In this document: positions 30,101 to 37,495 of the stretch, in pieces
Position numbering within the stretch: position 1 is the first letter of the stretch
Layout: each line of letters starts with the position of its first letter
From: Pontiella sp.
GTDB taxonomy: Bacteria > Verrucomicrobiota > Kiritimatiellia > Kiritimatiellales > Pontiellaceae
Assembly: GCA_050290185.1 (NCBI GenBank)
Contig: JBNKHE010000004.1
Coordinates: forward strand, 210,589-274,588
Length of the DNA stretch: 64,000 nucleotides
Direction of reading: 5' to 3'
Notes under the pieces: generated by a model
What the model was told of the DNA's origin: nothing
The model's input: only the letters and a program-made list of their open reading frames with translations
The model's database searches: none
Program-made: the position numbers and the translations under genes

Positions 30101-30931
30101 TTCAGCACCGTCCTGATCAAGGTTGATGTGGAAGGTGAAACGGTCTACCTCAACGGCTCTTCGCAGTACGCGGAACTCGGGACTTCCGCATACGACCACC
30201 GGGCCATGCTGAACCTTGGAAACGGAAACGTGGAACAGATTCGTGTCGCCCCGGGCAAGGACGACCAGACCCATGTCATCTATGAAATGAACATTGCCGC
30301 CAACGGCGAGATTGGACTGACCGAAACCGCCTCCGTACAAGGCACGCGTTTCGAAGCGTTCCAGCAAACCTATGCAGAGATGACGCCGGAAAACCGCCGT
30401 CGCCATTATCTTGAATTAGTGTCGTCGATTTCCCAATCCGCCAAGGCCGCCTCGGACCTGGTCACCGACTACAGCATCTATCCCGGCAAAATGGAATATT
30501 CGGTCTATGCTCCGCGCTACGGGGTGCGGGACGGCGATTATCTCTACTTCACCCTCCCCGACGACCTGCTTGGCGGATTGCTGAAATACCGGTCCAACGA
30601 ACGTACCTTGCCATTGTCCTGGGAAAACTATGTCGACCGCGTGGCCGAGTTCATCATCATCCTGCCCGACGGCTACGAGCCGGCCATTATGCCGCGCAAT
30701 TTTTCATGGCAGGCCCCCGAAGGGGCGGGCATGGTGGATGTCAGCGTGGAATACGACCCGCTCGCAAACGCTATTCGAATGGTCCAGATTGCCGACATCC
30801 AGCCGGCTTTGATCCCGGCGGACAAGTTCCCTGCGATTATTGCGGCCGGCCGAAGGCTCGCCCACCCCGACATGCACACGATCCTGCTGAAAAAAACCGC
30901 CACGAAGAAAAAACACAAGAAGCGGCATTGA
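27137..30931 (+). CDS. secreted 1264-aa protein with two DUF3857/transglutaminase-like/DUF3858-type modules
   Basis: Start at Met46 of the track ORF (MKFLKRTALLFLVLLLSASPLTA signal). The first module has a Cys-His-Asp set (YGVCRDKAA, FFNHAV, MDSTD). The second half repeats the architecture (YGNNTDCMVVLY). Confidence 0.7.
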   Translation: MKFLKRTALLFLVLLLSASPLTAKEFLSIEKIVGQAALATPEKYPDSDDALIDDFIQVEYQTDGTSEMWDDTAIKILTEKGKRDNRVQTLSFNTSYGTNYFTRVEIIKPDGTVVPVDLKANTKVMANPGQMSANIYNPNSKLLQLSVPGLEVGDTLHYIACDLQSKTVVPDTWSDYQTFEGNTPIEHLTYQVIAPTKRPLQKIALKAEIPDTVSFDKTVSDSGDQIVYTWTVHDVPRMFAEPNMPKPYTVVQRLLVSTVDSWEELSTWYWDLCKPRLEATTPEMEAMAHELTAGCTNTMDKIKAIFNFVSQDIRYMGITPEEEAPGYEPHDVNITFENRYGVCRDKAALLAAMLRCVDIESFPVIIMAGPKKDEEVPQPFFNHAVTAALGDDGEYILMDSTDENTKDIFPSYLQNMSYLVARPEGETLRTSPVIPAEENLLRISTTGSLDTSGTLKAKSTLRFEGINDTVYRGYFSQIKPEERHRFFEGHLKKSMPSAVLDSLEILPRELRDTTQPLTITLTYSADNLLIKGPANKMFKPPRLGGSLGYANFLLGQTGLEKRKYPLYTRMTAGIRETLKLELPDDLGSVNIPDYQAIDTKPLTWNVQVAQTGNLLSATNTFLLNTVEFSPEEYLELKQNLKDIEYNLRKSLIIDTVPTTLSGDADVRVLDQQTEIILESPDRWTETQHSKIKVLTYAGTKDSSEIKIPYNPAWQEITLASATVTLPDGTVKKIVEDEINLMDSSWVATAPRYPAERILVASLPGVEVDSVLEYEIVSKVDGKPFFSAVQTFNGHDPIDRKSVSLTVPGSMDIEIRNNGVAESKTVSDGTMTYTWTATNQPAVNKEEALPAWWTFNPAVFISTGTWKEYSEQILDLLMAATQHQSNAENLARKLTAGMDSKRDQVVALRNWVAENLRTAGPNLTSLPLSSITPADQTLADRYGNNTDCMVVLYTLLKASHFKPEFVLSGNIPLVREAAKPLIDIPSRTAFSTVLIKVDVEGETVYLNGSSQYAELGTSAYDHRAMLNLGNGNVEQIRVAPGKDDQTHVIYEMNIAANGEIGLTETASVQGTRFEAFQQTYAEMTPENRRRHYLELVSSISQSAKAASDLVTDYSIYPGKMEYSVYAPRYGVRDGDYLYFTLPDDLLGGLLKYRSNERTLPLSWENYVDRVAEFIIILPDGYEPAIMPRNFSWQAPEGAGMVDVSVEYDPLANAIRMVQIADIQPALIPADKFPAIIAAGRRLAHPDMHTILLKKTATKKKHKKRH

Positions 30932-30954
30932 TGCACTTCGGTCAAGGGATCCAC

Positions 30955-31638
30955 ATGAAACTCCACTATCTACAGCATGTCCCCTTTGAAGGGCTCGGCT
31001 ACATCGAAGAGTGGGCACAGGCCCGGAACGTTCAAATCAGTTGCACCCGGCTGTTTGCCAACGAATCGTTGCCGGACACCGAAGACTTCGACTGGCTCGT
31101 CGTTATGGGCGGTCCGATGGGCATTTTCGACTATGCCGAACACCCTTGGCTTACGGCTGAAAAAAAATGCATTGAACGGGCCATCCACGCAGACAAAACG
31201 GTGGTCGGAATCTGCCTGGGGGCCCAGCTGATGGCTGATGTGCTCGGAGCAATAGTTTACCCCGGCCCGGAAAAGGAAATCGGATGGTTCCCGATCCTGC
31301 GGTCGGAAGACGCGCCGGAGCTGATCCCATCCCCTCTGACCGTCTTCCACTGGCACGGCGATACGTTTGACATTCCGGAGGGCGCAGTCGGACTGGCCAC
31401 CAGTGAAGCAGGAATCAACCAGGGGTTCGTCTACAACCACAAAGCGGTTGCTCTGCAATTTCATATGGAAACCACGCCCGCCAGCATGAACGCCTTGATT
31501 CAAAACTGCGGTCACGAACTGGTCAATGCGCCCTATATTCAATCCGCCGGAGAAATGCGCAGCGGGCTTTCGAATATTCCATCCGTCAATGCCGCCATGG
31601 CAACCCTGCTCAACAACCTGTTGCAAGTCCCCTGCTGA
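30955..31638 (+). CDS. class I glutamine amidotransferase-like protein
   Basis: Start at MKLHYLQHVPFEGLG; the upstream part of the track ORF overlaps the previous gene. GICLGAQLMA nucleophile elbow and FHWHGDTF. Confidence 0.8.
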   Translation: MKLHYLQHVPFEGLGYIEEWAQARNVQISCTRLFANESLPDTEDFDWLVVMGGPMGIFDYAEHPWLTAEKKCIERAIHADKTVVGICLGAQLMADVLGAIVYPGPEKEIGWFPILRSEDAPELIPSPLTVFHWHGDTFDIPEGAVGLATSEAGINQGFVYNHKAVALQFHMETTPASMNALIQNCGHELVNAPYIQSAGEMRSGLSNIPSVNAAMATLLNNLLQVPC

Positions 31639-31656
31639 TTCCATACGCTTCAACAC

Positions 31657-32589
31657 ATGTTAATCATCAACAGCATTGCCCCGATTTTCCTGCTGATCGC
31701 GCTCGGCAAGATTCTGCAGAAAACAGCCTTCCTCCCGGACAGTTTCTTCAAGGGCCTGAACCGCTTTGTCTTCTGGTTTGCCCTGCCCGCCCTGCTAATC
31801 AGCAGCATTAGCGAAGCGAAGCTGGAGCTGACCGCCATCTCCCGGATTGTATTGCTACTGGCATGCGGCACCCTGCTGTCCATGTTGCTGGCATGGCTGC
31901 TCTCACGTCGGCTTTCGCTGCCAGCCCCGAAAACCGGCTCCTTCATCCAGGGTTCATTCAGGGGCAACGGCGCCTTCATCGCACTGCCCGTTATCACCTA
32001 TTCCCTCGGCACCATCGACCCGCAGGCCAAAACCCTCGCCACCGTCGTGCTCGCACCGGTCGTTGTCCTGTTCAATATGCTCGGAGTTCTCGTACTCACG
32101 CATTACAGCAGAAACAGAAAAAGTGCCGGCATATCGATCATTGCCGTGCTGACCGAACTGCTCAAGAATCCACTCATCATCGCCTGCGCGTCAGGCCTTG
32201 CTCTAAATCTGTTTCACCTGCATCTGCCGCAATTCCTGATCCGCCCCCTCGATGCGCTTGGGCACACGGCCCTTCCACTGGTACTCATGAGCATCGGGGC
32301 CTCCCTCGAATTTGAACGGTTGCGCGGCGCGGCATCACCCACACTGATCGCCTCGCTCATCAAAACCATGGCCGCACCGGCCTTCGGCTTCTTGCTGGCT
32401 GGGTGGTTCGGACTCAGTCCGACGGAAAAACTGATCGCCATCTTCTATCTCGCGGCCCCCGCCGCCGGCATGTCGTACGTCATGGCCGAAGTGATGGGTA
32501 ACGATGGCCCATTGGCCGGTCGAATCGTCGCCTTCAGCACGTTGCTCTCCGCCGGCACCATCCCTATCATCATGGCCATTGGCTTATAG
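31657..32589 (+). CDS. AEC (auxin efflux carrier) family transporter
   Basis: 310 aa, 10-TM pattern, AEC-like N- and C-terminal halves. Last GC-rich gene before the AT-richer island. Confidence 0.75.
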   Translation: MLIINSIAPIFLLIALGKILQKTAFLPDSFFKGLNRFVFWFALPALLISSISEAKLELTAISRIVLLLACGTLLSMLLAWLLSRRLSLPAPKTGSFIQGSFRGNGAFIALPVITYSLGTIDPQAKTLATVVLAPVVVLFNMLGVLVLTHYSRNRKSAGISIIAVLTELLKNPLIIACASGLALNLFHLHLPQFLIRPLDALGHTALPLVLMSIGASLEFERLRGAASPTLIASLIKTMAAPAFGFLLAGWFGLSPTEKLIAIFYLAAPAAGMSYVMAEVMGNDGPLAGRIVAFSTLLSAGTIPIIMAIGL

Positions 32590-32620
32590 CCCACCGACCT
32601 CCACACCAACCCGATACATC

Positions 32621-32649
32621 TTTACAAGTCCCCAAAAGCATCCTATTTT
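32621..32649 (+). promoter_or_regulatory. sigma70-like promoter candidate reading into the cassette array
   Basis: TTTACA-N17-TATTTT immediately upstream of the boundary palindrome. Motif match only; the promoter consensus of this organism is unknown. Confidence 0.3.
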
Positions 32650-32651
32650 CT

Positions 32652-32679
32652 GCCTAACACGGTAATTCGTGCGTTAGGT
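32652..32679 (+). other. array boundary site: minimal palindrome GCCTAAC-N14-GTTAGGT (perfect RYYYAAC / GTTRRRY pair)
   Basis: GCCTAACACGGTAATTCGTGCGTTAGGT. The core sequences are the same as those used by attC sites in the array (GCCTAAC at 42324 and 46355; GTTAGGC at 42030). Too short to be a normal attC. Confidence 0.5.
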
Positions 32680-32729
32680 GGACTTTCTCTACCTAATTAA
32701 CTGTTTATTTCAAAAAAAAGGATAAATCT

Positions 32730-34730
32730 ATGTCCAATAACACAAAGAATATAAAAATTAGCATTAAATACTGTTTAGCAATTACAATTCTAATGGTCTG
32801 CAGCTCAGCCAACGCGTACCAACAAATCTTTGTAGATAGAGATGGATCAGATACAAATAGTGGCTTGAGTGCTGACTCTCCGCTTCGAACATTCACTCAA
32901 GCAGTAACTAATGCTAATTATGCGGTGTCAAATGATCACCCTGATGGTGTCGAAATTATTTTAGGACCAGGAAAATTTGATGAGACCACTCATAGTAAAA
33001 CCAACACTTCGTGCGTAATCTGGAGACTAGCCAATAATGTTTCTGTCACGGGAGCAGGTTCTGGCAAGGGCACAAATTCAACACAAATTATAAATAACAT
33101 CGTTCCAGATGGTTATTATTATTACATACTCCTATTGGAACCCGGAAATAATTCTAGAATTCAAGATCTCTCTATTATCAGCCATCCTCAAGAAATGATC
33201 AAAGGCGGAGTTATCTGCATAGGATCATTTAGAGGCTGGCTATCTCAATTTCCCACATTATCTGAGGACCGTGTTTGTTTGCTTAAAAACATCTACATGG
33301 AATCGAATGATGCCGGAATTGGTATTGCTGGATATTATCCAGATCCCTACAGCTTAACATTCAATTGTTTTGATATGGATATCAATGTCGGAACTGATGG
33401 CGTTATTACCACATACCGTGATAACACCCGTATAAACTTGTTTAATTCGAGTGTGAAGGTGACAAGTTGGACTAACTCCATTCACGACCCACGAACTATT
33501 GGCTTAACAGCTATTAATTCAAGTGCTGAAATATTTGCTTATAATACTTCTATTTGGGCAATTGATGATGCCCCCGACAATGGAGCAACGTATGCCGACA
33601 GTTACTGTGTCGCGGCCTTTGATGAAGGAGTAGTTCGCACTCATAACTGCAATTTCTATAAAAGCTCAGCAACCAATGCTGTTCAGAATTCTTCTCACCT
33701 TCATACTGATCACACAATTAGCGCCGAGTATTATACAAATGGTATAATTGAACATTCCCTTAGTCGTTTCTTTATAGGAGATACAAATTTTAATATCGTT
33801 GCTTCTAATATTCATCCTGTAGTGCGAGGCTCTAATGATTATGAAGTAGTTAATCTTTACATTGACAAAGCAGCTGCCGGAAATATGACTGGAGTCGACT
33901 GGAATAATGCATATACAGATATTTATGATGCATTATCAAAGGTTGAGACTGGAGATTATACCCATGGAGCAAATTTGATCTTTGCGGGTGGTGATACACA
34001 TACAGTTACCAATGTGCTTAATCTTCCTTACGGAGTGTCCCTGATCGGTACTAACCCAACAAATTTAACAACAATATCGAATACCACTCCTACGTCCTGG
34101 ACCTATCAGTTTTTGACACAATCCTCCAACTTCACAGTTCTTGCAAATCTAGATCTTCAAACTACAGGGTTGGGAAATCTTCTTATCGGAGGAGCAAACA
34201 CCAATCAAGCTGCTACTGTAATTGATAATTGCCTAATGAGCTCTGACGACACAACAATTGGCTACATTGATGGTTATAAGCATGGCTCTATACTCTCCAT
34301 TTTTAATTCGGGCATAATCAGTTCACTGAATGGCATCGCAACTTATGCTGAGCATTTAAATATTGTTTCACAGAACACTTACATTGCCGCAGAGGGTAAC
34401 CATCCGAGTTATCCAGGATATTCGTGCGGAGTTTATGCATCACATGCCCGAATTCACTTTTATGGCACGTCCTCAAGCAATTCAACTATTGCAACCGCAA
34501 ATACTCAAAAAAACACTCTCTATCCTTACAATGGGCCAGTCTTCTCGGATAATGCTCGGATCTATCTTGAGAACTACCACTTAGATACTTCTGAAATGAA
34601 GGATATTACTAACTATACGATGAGAGCCGTTGGATTAACGGGTCATATACTTTATCGCAATTTAGACTTCTCACCCTCGATTACAACAAATGCATCATCG
34701 AGTATAACGGAATTGGTTGATTTCGACTAA
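32730..34730 (+). CDS. cassette 1: secreted 666-aa protein with two beta-helix-type modules
   Basis: Signal-like LAITILMVCSSANA. Two cap-like motifs, DRDGSDTNSGLSADSPLRTFTQAV and AAGNMTGVDWNNAYTDIYDALSKV, as seen in DUF1565/pectate-lyase-fold proteins. Confidence 0.6.
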   Translation: MSNNTKNIKISIKYCLAITILMVCSSANAYQQIFVDRDGSDTNSGLSADSPLRTFTQAVTNANYAVSNDHPDGVEIILGPGKFDETTHSKTNTSCVIWRLANNVSVTGAGSGKGTNSTQIINNIVPDGYYYYILLLEPGNNSRIQDLSIISHPQEMIKGGVICIGSFRGWLSQFPTLSEDRVCLLKNIYMESNDAGIGIAGYYPDPYSLTFNCFDMDINVGTDGVITTYRDNTRINLFNSSVKVTSWTNSIHDPRTIGLTAINSSAEIFAYNTSIWAIDDAPDNGATYADSYCVAAFDEGVVRTHNCNFYKSSATNAVQNSSHLHTDHTISAEYYTNGIIEHSLSRFFIGDTNFNIVASNIHPVVRGSNDYEVVNLYIDKAAAGNMTGVDWNNAYTDIYDALSKVETGDYTHGANLIFAGGDTHTVTNVLNLPYGVSLIGTNPTNLTTISNTTPTSWTYQFLTQSSNFTVLANLDLQTTGLGNLLIGGANTNQAATVIDNCLMSSDDTTIGYIDGYKHGSILSIFNSGIISSLNGIATYAEHLNIVSQNTYIAAEGNHPSYPGYSCGVYASHARIHFYGTSSSNSTIATANTQKNTLYPYNGPVFSDNARIYLENYHLDTSEMKDITNYTMRAVGLTGHILYRNLDFSPSITTNASSSITELVDFD

Positions 34731-34772
34731 AAGCCGCAATCACACATCCAAAAAAATAGGAATAAATAGCAA

Positions 34773-34860
34773 GTCGAACCAGCTCATAGACCCTACTTGG
34801 ACGACGCCCATCGATTCGGTCAAAGCCTGATTCCCAAGCGGATCATGAGTAACGTTGTGC
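34773..34860 (+). repeat. attC site (88 nt, type B)
   Basis: GTCGAAC CAGCTCATAGACCCTACTTGGACGACGCCC...GATCATGAGTAAC GTTGTGC. Near-identical left arm to the site at 42324. Confidence 0.75.
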
Positions 34861-34966
34861 ACAGATAATTTATCGGAGATAAATAACGAGTGAAAAGAGA
34901 GGTTCAAACCGCACAATCTATAGTGTCAAACGTTTATGCCCGCTCAGGTCACACGTAACGTTGGAA
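34861..34966 (+). repeat. right half of a long type-A attC (no left arm), directly abutting the preceding attC
   Basis: ACAGATAATTTATCGGAGATAAATAACGAGTGAAAAGAGAGGTTCAAACCGCACAATCTATAGTGTCAAACGTTTATGCCCGCTCAGGTCACACGTAAC GTTGGAA. Lacks AACCAGCGCGTGGACC. Confidence 0.7.
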
Positions 34967-34982
34967 ATTAAAAGGAGAACAG

Positions 34983-35612
34983 ATGAAAAAATTATTGATA
35001 GGACTATCGGCTATAGCGGCATCCACAGCTCTTGCATCCACAGTTGTACCCACAGAGCCTAAGGCCCAAGGAAAGAAACTGGCGGTACAGATAGTTAAAG
35101 TTGATTCAACCAAACATTACGACATGACATCTCCCGAATATCCCGACATTCTTCTAGCCCCAGATAAATTGCTAAGTGATGAATCCAATACGATAACACA
35201 ATATCCAGTGTTATATGGAGAACCTGGAACATCAGTTACAAATGATCAAACTGAAGCGATTAGCTATGTTGATGGCTATTCCATTGTTGAGGGAAAGGTA
35301 GTTCCTGAAGAACACGTCCATAAGATTGGATTATTTATTTCTGCGGATATCTCCGAACTTAAAGGCAACGCAGTCAAACTAAACCTTAACATTCAAAATG
35401 AGCAGTTTTTTGGATATGACGAACAAACTGTGGACGGTAATCAGAAAGTGAAACTAGCCTTCTTCAACAGCCAAAGCCACAATACACCGATAACGTTGGC
35501 AATAGGAAACTGGCTAGTGCTCGGTGGCATATTGAATGAGACAACCAGTTCAAGTGCTATCTCACACACTTCTGTCTATCTGGTTCGCGTCATAGACCCA
35601 TTGCAGGAATAA
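34983..35612 (+). CDS. cassette 2: secreted hypothetical protein (209 aa)
   Basis: RBS AAAAGGAGAACAG-ATG. Signal peptide MKKLLIGLSAIAASTALAS. Followed by an attC. Confidence 0.65.
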   Translation: MKKLLIGLSAIAASTALASTVVPTEPKAQGKKLAVQIVKVDSTKHYDMTSPEYPDILLAPDKLLSDESNTITQYPVLYGEPGTSVTNDQTEAISYVDGYSIVEGKVVPEEHVHKIGLFISADISELKGNAVKLNLNIQNEQFFGYDEQTVDGNQKVKLAFFNSQSHNTPITLAIGNWLVLGGILNETTSSSAISHTSVYLVRVIDPLQE

Positions 35613-35617
35613 AATAT

Positions 35618-35766
35618 TTCCAGCCAGCGCGTGGGGACCCTACGCGGCCGAAAGCGAAGCGACAGATAATTTATGAAAGAAATAACGAGAGAAACGAGTG
35701 GTTCAAAACGCAGAATTTTCATGCCTAACGCATAAGTCCCGCGCAGGTCACACGTAACCGTTCGGC
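35618..35766 (+). repeat. attC site (149 nt, long type A, degenerate R'')
   Basis: TTCCAGC CAGCGCGTGGGGACCCTACGCGG...module...CCCGCGCAGGTCACACGTAACC GTTCGGC. Confidence 0.75.
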
Positions 35767-35777
35767 ATAAGGAAACA

Positions 35778-36125
35778 ATGAAAATACTATCCATCGTAAC
35801 AATAAGTTCTCTTTTTCTTTTTGGATGCAATCCATCCTCTCAAAACAGCAAATGCATAAAGAAGATAGAGGTTAGCTCTGTCACTATTGTTGATCCAACC
35901 ATTCCTACGGGCGTATCTGGGTCAACCAATACAAAAGGAGGACTATCCGAGGAAAGAGAATCTCCATACAAAACCTATTATAAAACTGACTTCAGTCACA
36001 TTTACATCGAGTCAGATGAGGAATGGTTAAGAATAACCCGAGTATTCAAAAAATCCGGAGTAAAAGAAACAACGGTCGATTATTATAAGCCAGATTCGGT
36101 GATAAAATTTACGACTAAAGATTAA
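35778..36125 (+). CDS. cassette 3: small lipoprotein (115 aa)
   Basis: Lipobox SSLFLFGCN. RBS AAGGAAACA-ATG. Confidence 0.6.
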   Translation: MKILSIVTISSLFLFGCNPSSQNSKCIKKIEVSSVTIVDPTIPTGVSGSTNTKGGLSEERESPYKTYYKTDFSHIYIESDEEWLRITRVFKKSGVKETTVDYYKPDSVIKFTTKD

Positions 36126-36134
36126 ACATAATGA

Positions 36135-36224
36135 GCCGAACCAGCGCGTGGACCTTACGCGGTAAAACGCACAGTTTTCATGCCCAACGCATAAGTCCCG
36201 CGCAGGTCACACGTAACGTTCTTG
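36135..36224 (+). repeat. attC site (90 nt, short type A)
   Basis: GCCGAAC CAGCGCGTGGACCTTACGCGGTAAAACGCACAGTTTTCATGCCCAACGCATAAGTCCCGCGCAGGTCACACGTAAC GTTCTTG. Confidence 0.85.
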
Positions 36225-36347
36225 CGGACGCTGCGCTTGCCGCAGAACCAGGCCGCTGCACCAACATTCCGGCTGGCCGTCCGCAGGCTCCGCCTGCTAC
36301 CGTCCACCCGGAAAGTTGGTGAGCGCCGCATTAGAAACGGAGATAAT

Positions 36348-36851
36348 ATGACGGAAGAAACAAAACAGAAGTTTATAGATCATCCTGCACCCAGCATCGG
36401 CTTGTTTACGCTTCTCGTTGTAATTATCTGCTTTCTGATTACCGTAATCCCAATGGCAATATCGGACATGCCCAAAGAAGAGCTTGGTTCACCTTCCGCA
36501 ATCGGAATTTATGCTGTCCTTGGCTTTGCGATTGCCATCCTGTGTTTCTACCTGTGGCCACTCTACACCACATATTACATCGTTGATGATAATGGCATAA
36601 CGATAAAATATGGTCCATGGACACGTGTATCCCAATGGAATGAATTCAAAATGGTATATTGGCAAAAGGGGATGTTTGTCTCAAAGATCGGGGTGCCTTC
36701 TATCACCCCATGTGTACGCCTCTCAAATGGTCTTGTCCTTCCAAGGAAACACAAGACATGGGGACTATACATTACCCCAAATGATCCGGAAGCATTCATC
36801 CGTAAGATCGAGTTGTTTGCTCCAGAATTAACCAAAGAGATGATAAAATAG
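36348..36851 (+). CDS. cassette 4: membrane protein, two TM helices + possible bacterial PH-like domain (167 aa)
   Basis: Start at MTEETKQKF (RBS ACGGAGATAAT). Two hydrophobic helices, then YYIVDDNGITIKYGPW... The PH-domain call is tentative. Confidence 0.55.
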   Translation: MTEETKQKFIDHPAPSIGLFTLLVVIICFLITVIPMAISDMPKEELGSPSAIGIYAVLGFAIAILCFYLWPLYTTYYIVDDNGITIKYGPWTRVSQWNEFKMVYWQKGMFVSKIGVPSITPCVRLSNGLVLPRKHKTWGLYITPNDPEAFIRKIELFAPELTKEMIK

Positions 36852-36854
36852 GAT

Positions 36855-37002
36855 TTCTAACCAGCGCGTGGACCTTACGGGACCGCATGCGCATCGCAGA
36901 TAATTTATCGGAGATAAATAACGAGTGAAACGAGAGGTTCAAACCGCACAGTTTTCATGCCTGACGTTGGTAGTCCCGCGCAGGTCACACATAACGTTGG
37001 AT
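36855..37002 (+). repeat. attC site (148 nt, long type A)
   Basis: TTCTAAC CAGCGCGTGGACCTTACGGGA + 58-nt module + ...CCCGCGCAGGTCACACATAAC GTTGGAT. Confidence 0.85.
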
Positions 37003-37024
37003 GCAGAAAACAAGGAGAGTAAAG

Positions 37025-37453
37025 ATGGAAGACAAAGTTTCAGAAGAGCAAGAATTTCATGCAGGGCAAGCATCAACTCCGGCTGTAGAGGTTGCGCCCA
37101 CACCCGAATCGTCGCCGATTGCTGGATTTACTAATGAGCAAAGAACGCTTGCGCTCTGCGCATATCTGATCCCGTTAGTAACCAGTTCAAACTTCATTGC
37201 TCCCCTCATTATCTGGCTGTTAAAAAAAGGTGAAGACTCATACGTCGAAAATCATGCCAAGGAATCGCTCAACTTTCAGATTACGTTTGTGATCTTTGTC
37301 TTCGTTGCATGGCTGAGCATCTTTTTATTAATAGGTGCACTTTTGTTCCCTGCAGTCATAATCACTTATATAGTTTTTGGCATCATTGCCTGCGTCAAAG
37401 CGTACAAGGGTGAAGAATACAGAATCCCACTCTGCATCCGCTTCATCAAATAG
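37025..37453 (+). CDS. cassette 5: DUF4870-like membrane protein
   Basis: Start chosen at the ATG preceded by AAGGAGAGTAAAG; the alternative ATG at 37001 lies inside the attC R' box. Motif LCAYLIPL...IIWLLKKGEDSYVENHAKESLNFQITF. Confidence 0.65.
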   Translation: MEDKVSEEQEFHAGQASTPAVEVAPTPESSPIAGFTNEQRTLALCAYLIPLVTSSNFIAPLIIWLLKKGEDSYVENHAKESLNFQITFVIFVFVAWLSIFLLIGALLFPAVIITYIVFGIIACVKAYKGEEYRIPLCIRFIK

Positions 37454-37495
37454 TCAAAAAATACCATAAGAAGACCTCTTCAGATAAATAAGGAC

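Noticed and set aside
36131-36322. 63-aa plus-strand ORF covering the short attC at 36135 and the GC-rich leader.
   Set aside because: It begins 6 nt after the previous stop with no RBS, and its first 30 codons are attC sequence. The Ala/Pro-rich remainder reflects GC-rich noncoding DNA.
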